This document shows, piece by piece, positions 42,001 to 53,251 of a stretch of DNA of 64,000 nucleotides. Location of the stretch: positions 11,904,001 through 11,968,000 of the forward strand of contig CM022679.1 in NCBI GenBank assembly GCA_012295275.1, given 5' to 3'. Under the pieces are notes generated by a model. It did no database searches. It was not told the DNA's origin and saw only the letters and a list, made by a program, of their open reading frames with translations. The stretch comes from Chrysomallon squamiferum (Eukaryota > Animalia > Mollusca). Position 1 is the first letter of the stretch. Every line of letters begins with the position of its first letter. A program made the translations under genes and the position numbers.

Positions 42001-45000
42001 AGAGGATGATTGCCCTGTAGGACTAATCTTCCAAGTCATTAAGATGGCCCACTTTTTATCACAACAGTGTGCATGATACATATGTCTATATAGCCTCATA
42101 CAAAGAAATTACATTCAGAAATAGATCTTAATAAAGTTAAATAAATGAAAGGTGAATTTTTGTTAGTGTATTTAGATCCATTAAGAATAAGAATTTAAAT
42201 ATTATTAATAAAGTGCCAAACTGTTTGAATTGTTTTGTGATATAGGTCTGTGATATGTTGTAATTTTCAGGATTATTTAATAATTGGGATAACTTTCAAA
42301 AATTCAAGTTCATTACATGCTAATAGTTTTATCCTAACAGATAAATGGTAACTTTTTGTATTTTTTAGAGTGTAAGTCTGCCAATTGTAGTATATACTGA
42401 CCATAATTTAAGTTATCCTTCACATTATATTTGTTATTTAAGCTGAACAGATGTTTTATTGTTGCTCATTTTTATACAAATTTACAAATTCATTGAAATT
42501 CATTGAGTAAATCTTTGTATGGAATTATTTTTTCAATAAGGATTTATCATTACTAATAAAATTGTGAAATTACTGATTTTGTACTTTACAGGAGATTGTC
42601 CAGCTGGAACAAAAATAAGTAATGACACTTGTGTACCTTGTCCTTATGGAGAATACCAGGATGTTCCTAGACAATATGACTGCAAACCATGTGGAACAAA
42701 CCTTAATACATCAGATACAGGAGCTTCCAGTAAAGATCAATGCACTAGTAAGTTCAACAATGCATTAAGACTCTATATAATTTGCATATTCAGAATTTAA
42801 TTTTAATTATCAGTATCATATCTGTACATAAAGAAAAAATAGCATTATTAAAAATAGATAAAAATACCCTGATTTCACGTAGTAAATAGGTTATCATCAA
42901 TATAGCACTACTAAATAGCATTTAGAACTAAACTTGATTTAAACTTAACAATGACCTAAAAATTTTAATGAGAAAAATGATGTCTCTCTCCATTCTACCA
43001 TGATCAGAATGTATTCAACTTAACAAATGCATATAGTCAAAAGATTTGGAGTGAAGCTGCATCACAAATAATTTTGATGTAAACCTTAATATGCCAAAAT
43101 ACAAATAATTTGATGCTTCTATTGTGTCAATATTTAAACACAATGAAATTAAATAATAATAATAATAATATAAAATGGAAAAATGAAAGTGGAAACAGAT
43201 CATTTTTGGTATTTAGATATAATAAGAATAGCACTATTTTTAGTTTTTTACAGATTAATGAGTTCTGTTTTTATGGTTTTCACATTAAAGTATGTGCTTT
43301 GGGGACCAAACAATATTACTTGTTGAGGCTTTTTTAATTATATAATGTAGAAAGATCAATTACAATAAGCCAAAGCGATATAGTAAATAATCAGTTCTGG
43401 TTTTCTTTAGTTTTGCATATTAAAATGACTAATTTGGGAACCAGACAATTTTCAGATGTTGTTATGGATGTTTTGCATGAATTAATTTTTATTTAATTAC
43501 ATTAAAGTAGGAAATAATAATTATGCAAATTAAGAACCAATGTGGTTTTATGATTTTAGTTTTCAATGAAATTGCAGGAGTCTTTTTTATTATTTTTCAG
43601 TCTCATGTAAACCAGGTTATGAGGGACCAAATGGGAAATGTGTGTCTTGTAAAGATGATTTTGTCAAAAGTTTTAATGGCAATGGAAAATGTGAACAATG
43701 TACTAACAACCAGACATCCAATGATAACCATACAGACTGTATAGGTTCTAGTAAGTAACCACTGTTAACATGTTATGAAAATCTAAAGTAAATTGTGACA
43801 TTATTTTCCACATTAATATGGTCTGATTAAGATGTAGTTGAATTAGAGCAAATATCAAAGAAATTTTTATTTACTTTAAAAAAGAATCCACTATTTTGAT
43901 ATATAGCAGCTATAATTACATTTAGCATTCTTCATTAGATGAAAAATAGTGTATCGATTTCAGTAATTGATTTTCAATAACTAAAATTTTAATTTTTTTT
44001 TTAGGACATTAAAACAATTGTTTTTCCAAACCTGTCATCTTGCTTCTTTTGAAATCAATTGCTTACCCTTATCAGCCTTTAATTTTTAACTTCATAACTT
44101 TTTATTTGATAGCTGCACAAGATCTAACTAAAAAAAAGTCTCTTATCTGTCATTACTGTTTTATTAAACTCACTTGAAAAAGTAATCATTAATTATTATC
44201 CTCTTTTGTTTGTAGTGTTTTGTGCCAGAGGAGTTGAATATCTGAACACATCTCAACAGTGTTCTTTGTGTCAAATTGGTTTTTATAAGAGTGTTCGAGG
44301 TAATACTGTTTGTAACCCTTGTCCTGGAAATAAAACTACAGCTAGCACTGGATCACAATCAGAAAAAGATTGCAGTATTTGTAAGCATTGTTCTTTTTTA
44401 TATATTATTCTCTATAAATCTTATATGTTGGCAAATATTTCCCAAGGATCAAATAACAACTGAAGTAGTAAAACCACTTTAATTTTAGAATTTTAATAAA
44501 GAAACTATACCTTATTTACATGTAAACCTTTTTTTAATCATTTTAACCAACTAAATCATTCAGACATATTAGTAATCTAACATATACTTTGTACAAATTG
44601 TAATGATAATTTGTTTGTTATTTCTGAATATATTTGAATTGAGGAGGTTTATAATTCTGATTATGATTACAAATCCATGCATTATTGTTTCTGTTCTTAC
44701 AATATTATTTGTGGTTTTTTCAGTGTATTGTCTTCCAGGATTTTATGGTTTATCTGAATCATGTCACCCATGTGATGTTGGTAGCTACAAGTCCAAGTCT
44801 GGCAATGACAACTGCACTTTGTGTAGTGAAAATTATACAACAAGTAGTCAAGCTTCTACAGATGAATCAGACTGTTCAGTTGGTATGTTTGTAAACATTC
44901 TTTAGTAATCCTGTATCATGAGATTTTTCATAAGTTAGGATCACATATAATTTGGGAAATTTGAGTACATACTTTCCAAGTTTTGGTGGATTAGTAATAC

Positions 45001-45536
45001 AATCTAATTACTAACTGCTGGACTGGTTATAAATTAGCCGCATATTTTTCTCAATAATTTTCTGAATTTTATATAATTAAAATTTAACAAAAACATTATA
45101 ATAATAATTAAATTGTTTTAGTTTTAATATTCTAGAATTTTTTTTATTTTTTATGTAGCAGCAACCTGCACTTTAGGTCAGATTATTGCACATTTTGGGT
45201 TTCATAAACTAACAAATACTTGAACATGCAGAACAATTGTGCATTTCACCAAAAAATGATAATCTAAAGGTTCTGAATATTAATTTCTTAAATATCAAAT
45301 AATAGTTTTAATATTCTAATTTATCCCTCAAATCTGATTTCAGTATTCACTTATGTTTATTTCATTTCCTTACAGTTGTGTGTAATGCTGGGTCATACAG
45401 AGAAAATAACACATGTTATCTGTGTCCAAAAGGCCAGTACCAGCCTGAGCGTGGAATGACATCCTGCATACATTGTTCTGGAGATAATTTTACTACTGAA
45501 AATGAAGGATCAGTCAATGAAACTCAGTGTATTAGT

Positions 45537-45599
<63 letters not shown>

Positions 45600-48500
45600 T
45601 GTGTGTGTGCGTGTGTTTCTTAAGTTTGTGAAATATATATGTGGGTTTGTTTATACTGACTGCATGGATGGCCCATACCCCCTCCCCCCCAAAAAAAAAA
45701 TGTTTCTGTATATATATGTATATTTGTTACAGCATCTAGAATTTTATTGCAACAAATCTAGGGTATAGCAAATTTTATGTTATGAAATTTGGTCATTAGT
45801 TTTTCCCAATTTATTTTACACTGGTATATTTCAAACATGAACATAAAAAGTAAAACAAAAAATATAAAGGTGATATATTTTTATAATATAATTGGTGTGT
45901 CTTCAACTGTTAACTTGCAAGTTTTCATCCTGATGAGCTGGATTGTAGTGTCAGTTGAAAGATGAGTCTTCCTGAGAGGGCACATTTAAAAGTTTCAACC
46001 TGCGTCCCATATTTGGATTTCCTGTCTTTTCAATGGATTTCCATCAACTGATATTAGAGTGATATATTTAATCTTTCAGTGTTGTTTCTAATGTTAAAAA
46101 ACACAAATCTCTTGCATTGCAGAAGTTTGTGAGAAGGGACAGTACCGTACAGAAAATAACGAATGTGAATACTGCTTTCTTGGTTTTTATCAGCCAAAGG
46201 AAGGACAAGCAGAGTGTATCAACTGTAGTTCTGACTATCTTTACACCACAGGAAACAGAGGGTCAACATCTTTAGAGGAATGCTTAAGTAATTACTTTCA
46301 CTGCTTTTTATTTTTTGAATTTATTTGGGTTTTTTTTTTTTTCCTTTAATATTTATTTTTATTATTATTATTTTTTAATTTTTTTTAAAGTGGACATTGT
46401 GAATAGGTGAGCTGTTTATGCCAAATTAAATTAATACATTAATTTTCCATTGTTAAAAACAAAACAAAATGAAACAAGAAAAACAATTAACCCAAAGCCA
46501 AATGCATACACAAACATTATTATTTAGTGATTCATATTTAAAACTTTGAAGAAAGTAATAAGTTGCTATTTTAATGCAGGAGTATGTGATAAAGGCAGCT
46601 ATCGGCCAGAAACTGACCGTACTGCATGTGTTGTATGTGAGATAGGAAAATACCAAGATAAAAGTGGACAAACTAATTGTCACTTGTGTGATAACGGCAC
46701 AACAACTCTAAAGTCTGGATCAACCTCAGTAGAACTGTGCATGCGTAAGTTCTTCTTACTCATAGTGTTATTGAATAACTCCTTATCTTTGCCAGAAAAT
46801 AAGAAAATGAATTTTAAAAAGAGTAATGTTTTTATTTAATATTACAGTGCATAGCAGAAAAATGAAATAAATTAGTAAAGAAAAGTCCTCCATTATTTTT
46901 GTATTTTTAAATGAAATGCCTAAAGTATTGATTCTCAGTAAGTAATATGTTAAAATCAGCCATCTGGTTTGAAGATTGAGAATTGTTATTTGTTTTGAAC
47001 AAACTCCAAATTATGTATTAGACTTACTAAATTTGTTATTTCCCAAAATAGGTCATATATGTTTAGAGAGTCACAATAAATATTAATATTCGAAGGATTA
47101 TTGAAAATATCTGAATATTAAAAATAGATCTTTTTGAGTCATATTAAATTAAACTAGTCTTGAAATAATAAATATTTATTCTGAAAATTTTTTTATTATA
47201 TGCCAACTTGTGTTACATTCCAGAGGGATTATCTTCTAAAAAACAACAACAAAAAAAGAGAAAAATAAAGTTTGGTATATCAAATTATATTAATTTGAAG
47301 AGGTTAATAGAGTTACACAAAGAGGAGACATAATATAACATAAAAAAAAAAATAATAATGATAATAAATAAATTTTAAAAAATTATGCTTTTATTTGTAT
47401 TTATATTTCCTTTTAATACATTTTATTTCCTCACACAGCTATTTGTCCACCTGGCAAATATTTGATAAAGAGTAATAAAACCTGTCTGCCCTGTGAACTG
47501 GGAACATACAAAGATAAAGATGGAGTAGAAGAAAAATGTGAACCGTGTCCTGATAAGAAAACAACAGCAGAGAAGGGAGCAACATCCTCATCCTTCTGCA
47601 ACTTGAGTTAGTACTTACTATAAACATACTGATAATAAATTATGTTTATTAAGAAAAATATATTATCATGAGAAAAATTAAAATCATATTATCTTAAATG
47701 ATTAAATTATAGAATTAGTAGACCTATATTAATTTTAAAATAAACTTCAATACATTTTAGTGAAACAGTTAAATCATTTATATGCATTGTTTACTGACTG
47801 ACAGTTAATCCTATAGCTGTATATGAGAGAAAATTTTGGGGATGCAGACCAAAATAAAGTAGTCCATAATAACTGAAAACAGTGAAATCAATAAATCAGT
47901 ATCTATTAATTGGAACAGTAATCAAGCTTTTAGAAGTTTATGTATGTCTGTTGCATTCTATTGGTTTGTAATATTCTAAGTTTAAATGAGTTTAAATTTA
48001 AAAAAAAAAAAAAAAATAAAGTATAATACTGAAAATAAAATATTATTATTTTATATTTAGCATTTATCAGTAAACAAATATATTAACCCAGAAGAATGTG
48101 TGGTACAGTTAAAAAGTCAAAGTATGTGCTCATGCTTGTAAATAAGTTGTGTTTCATGTCAATTAGAATTTTATATAAGTAAGTCCTGTGTAAACTATTT
48201 TGAAACTGTAGCTGTTTTTCTTTTAAACTTAAAGACTGAGTTTTTCTTTTTAAATTTAAAACTGAGACATAATCAAACATATATGTAATTAGATTAAATT
48301 TGGGTATTTCTATAGCTGATTGTGAAGCTGGATTCTTTAGAAAAGTGGGAGAAAAAGGATGCAGTGAATGTCCATTTAATTACTACCAGAATGAAACATC
48401 TCAGACATCATGCAAACAGTGTCCTGATGATCATAACATAACAATGATTACAGGAGCCAAATCAGTAAAACGTTGTGTCAGTAAGTACTTTTTTTTTAAA

Positions 48501-51500
48501 GTAGCATAAATGCAACATGAGCATGAAAATAATAACTGGGTATTATAATTCTTTTTTTTTTTTTTTTATATTAATATTAATTTTTTGTTAATAGTTTGAG
48601 TTTTGAAAAGATTCTTTTAATGAGAAAAATGAGTACAGATATATACATATATATTTTTGAATACTACTAATAAAAGTTTCCAAGTATAAACAAGCAGTTA
48701 ATTTGAATAATATATATTTTTGTGAATAAGGGAGATGCAAAATAATTTAATTCACTGAATAAACACAGAACATAAATTATTTATTCAAACACACATTAAG
48801 GCAAATCCTGTGTTATAGTATTAGAATATTTTACATCTCAAAATGTTTTCTTTTTATTGTATCAGATTTGCTTGTTTATACATAAAATGATTATTAAGCA
48901 AAATGGCTACTTTTAGAATGAACAACTATAGCTAAAAACAATTTTTTTTTAAGAATCAACCTTTAAAATATATTTATGGCAAGTCAACAACTGAATATTA
49001 TTCCTTTTTTCAGTTGATTGTCCATCAGGAACAGAATATGTAGGATTGATAAATAGTGAAAATTGTACAATTTGTAAAATTGGGGAATATCGGAAGAAAG
49101 GTGAATCATTCAGTTGCATTGTATGTCCTGATGGCTGGACAACAATACAAAAAGGAGCTGACAGATGTGTTGAATCAAAAGGTACATTTTCTGATTTACC
49201 TTGAAATGTACACAAAATATTCAACAGAATGGAATTTAGAGATGTACCTACACTGATTTAATTTATGAGGTAGCTGACCATTGACTGAATTCTTCTAAAT
49301 GACATTTAAAACTAAAGATGTTAGAAGAGGTTGTAAATCCTAAATATATTGGTGTTCAGTCCTTGATCATCTACCTCAGAAATTAAATGATTGTAGGGTT
49401 ATTACCATTCTTCCATTGTTTAGTTAATTTATCTCCATTCTATCATGACTAAAACCTTTAAAACCTGAGCCTTTTTCAGTAGGCAAACCAATAAAGAATG
49501 AACAGGCAGAACAGAAATGACATTTTGTACCTTCAACACTTGTGATAAGTCAGTTGTTGATAGTCCTTATGAAACTGACATCATAGATTTTGTGGGAAGT
49601 GAGTAAGTGAGTAGTTCAGCACAGTTATGATTCTATAAAAATTAAACTGACAGAGTTATCTAAAAACATCATTTTCAACTTATATGAACCACTTTAATTT
49701 GGTCAATATCTAAATATTCTGGTATATGCTAATTTAAAACTCATCAGCTAATGTCATACATGAGGCTAATTGGATAGACATCTTCATCATTTTGTAAACA
49801 ATGAATTATATATGTTTGCATATAAACTGGCCTGATTAAATCAGAAAGATTTTTAAACTCTAAATTCTCTTGTTAGTCAATCATAGTCAAGAATTTTTGC
49901 CATGTTATGGTAGAATAATAATTAATGTTGTACATTAGAATATGAAAATTATGTAAGAAACTTTATATTTCTCACTCCTTTTAGTAAGCTAGTAAAAGAG
50001 TAGAGTAATCAGCCTTTTAGTTCATTGAATCATTTCACTTCAGATAAATGTTTTTTATTGTTATTTTACATATTAGATGGATAAACTGAAATAATAAGCA
50101 GAATTTTTAAAAAGAAGAAGATAAAAAAGTAAACATATCTCAGCTATTTTAATTTTGATACTTCACAACACAATATAACAGAGGTAAATATTTATTTTGC
50201 AGTGCCTCAGAAGCCTGTTGGATACATCAAAATCAGCATGTCATTTCAATTCAGAGTGGTGAGGTGTGATAATCCTCAACAAGTGATAGCTGTTTTGAAA
50301 GAATTCATTAAATTAATTGTATACAGTACCTGTGGTGGATGGAATGTACAGTGCACAAATATTAAAATAGAAGTTACATTACCAGCAGCCTGTAACAGTC
50401 AAAGACGTCGCAGAGATCTTAATCCTGATTTACCAGTTACTGCAAATCTTGTTATTGATGATGTACCGTAAGTCAGTTTTCATTATTTTCACTTTTAACA
50501 GTTTTCTTTTTGAACCCACCTAGAATTTATTTATTTATTTATATTTTTAAACTCCCAGAGCAGACTATTTTGCAACACTGTTAATGTTTAACCTTCTCCA
50601 TCAAACTGCTGCTTCAGTTTCTGAGTATACAGAGAGAAATTTATTTCAGTGAAATTGCAACAGATAATCTTTAGCTGTCATATCTACCTTTATAAATAGA
50701 ATTATTATTATTTAGTGATCTTGTTTTTAAAAATGTCTGTTGGCAAGAGAATATTTTTGAAAATGTTAATGTTGTATAATGAAATTCAGTGAAAAATTCA
50801 AGAAAAAAATAATATGCTTACTATTGTCTTTAGGAATAGAAAACAAAATACTAATTCATTAAAATTCATATGCTACATTGTGCAAAATCCCCAATTTTGT
50901 TGCCAAAATTGTTTTGGGGGGAATAGAAATGCAAGGACTTTTCATATTAATTTTTATATTTAGCTGTTACACTCATTGCATATAAAGTATCATAGCTCAC
51001 ATTTCTTTCAGTGCTGATAAAGAAATTAATAGTAATAAAATTTTACTGTGAAAATATATTCTTGACATGTAAGGTGATATCACTTTGATGTTTCATGTGT
51101 TTAGCCAGAAATAACCAGGCTTGCAATAATTTTGCTTTTTAATCACATTTATAAAAAATTTATCTATGAAATCAAGCAAAACAGGGAATAATTTTTTTTT
51201 TTCTCTTGAAACTAAATAAATTCAAATAATTTTTAAACTGAAAAATTAAATTATTATATTTATTTGTAATTAGAAACAAATTAAAAATGTTGTCCACCTA
51301 ACTGTTTGTTTACCTTAGTTGAATTTATTGTTTATTATTAAGTCTTGTTTTTTCACAGTGAAGTTGTAACTAATGGAAGTCTGAAACGTTCTGCTGAAGG
51401 GGTTTTTAGAACTGCTTTAGCTAAAGAGACACAACTGAATGCATCAGAACTGGTAATATTTTAAATGAAGTGAAGTAAATGTACTTGTTTTTGTTGCTAA

Positions 51501-53210
51501 ATTGCAGAGCTGCCTTTCAAGTTTTTAAACATAATTCAGTGATCAAAATAATTATTTCAGAGATGTAGATGAATTTTCAGTGAAATGTAAATTTTTATTT
51601 TTATTTATTGAATAATATTTTAGAAATATTTTGAAGAAATATGGTCTTATGTATTTCAGTTATTATTATTTTTATTTCTTATTGAAGAGGTGTACATCAT
51701 GCTATTTATAATATTTCAGGAAACGAATAGTATTTCTTATGATGGCATTACAAATATAACAACATCAAAATCATGTAAACCTGGATCAGTTTTGGACAAA
51801 AATGATGATTGTGGTAAGTATTAAACTCCAAAATGTTTTCACAGGAAAATTGTAATGTGAATAATGAATAAAAAGACTAAGATCTCATGGACACATGCTA
51901 TGTACAAATGTTTTTTTTATAAAATCTATTATTTACAATTTAATTTTTAATTAGAAATGTTTAAGGATATCAACAATACATATGGAACAAATAAATAAAA
52001 AATACAATAAATGGTTGCAAGACTAGATTTTATTTTTTTCAATGTTACGTTACTTTTATCATTGACCTATATGTAGATATTAACTGTATATTCTTTATTA
52101 AAAAAACATGGACAAACTTACACACATTGGTATATCAAAGAGAAAAATGATTGCTAATGGTTGGTTTTATTACAGTTAAATGTCCACCAGGAACGAAGTT
52201 TGTAAATTCTTATTGTGAGAAATGTGAAACAGGGAAGTATCAGTCTAAGTTTGGACAATCTATTTGCCTTAAATGTCCTGGATCAAAAGTGCCTTCAGCA
52301 AATGCAACAGAGTGTATTTGTAAGTTTGTTTTAGTTAAAAAACATCTATTTTTTAATAATTCATAAGTATGATTAACAGAGGAATCAAGAAAAAAAAAAT
52401 GTTTCCCAGAATACATATAAATAAGTGGTTGAGCTACTGAAATATTTGCATGTAAAAGAAATAGTAGTGCTGATTATTTGTTTTGCTGTGTTTAACTGTC
52501 ATAGAGCTCAACTAAATATGCACAATATCAGTGACTGGAAATAAAATTCTTTGAACAGCATAATGTAGAATCATAGTTAAACTGCTGTCAAAAACTGCTG
52601 ATTTAACTACTCATATTGTTTAAGATTTTTGCCTGTAACTTTAAAACAGATTCCAGTTTGTTGATTTTACACATTATAGTGATTATGAGAAAAATATAAT
52701 AATAACTGAACAAGCTAATATTTATATAGTTCTCCAAAACACTGAAACTTATTATAGGATTACAAATAAGTTATTTATAATATTCCGATTTTTGGAATGG
52801 ATTACATATTGTCTTGTTTTGAAATGATGACAATAGTTTTGTATATACTTTTCTGTATTTGCATTAAATTATCTTTTTATTAATATAGATAAATGCATAG
52901 CTGACCCAAACTACTGCCAGAATGGAGGAACTTGCATTAATGAAAGTGCAATTTGCTTGTGTTCTAGTTCATATTATGGAACCCATTGTGAAATTAGGAA
53001 AGGTATTAAATAAACATTACAATTCATGGAATAAAATGCAGACTAGTTGTAGCTTATACATTTCTGAAATCTCAAATTACTGTAAACTGCACAAAACATA
53101 AACATTAAAATGTAATTTTGTGCAAGTTTGCATTTTGAGCTGCTGATGGCTGGATTTTGAAGTTTAAAAATTTATTTGAAAATATCTTTTATAATGATAA
53201 TGATGATGAC

Positions 53211-53251
<41 letters not shown>

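Noticed and set aside
37054-49181. Dscam-like mutually exclusive exon cluster
   Set aside because: The exons read as a normal tandem domain chain and I saw no docking or selector sequences; only in-frame skipping potential is supported.
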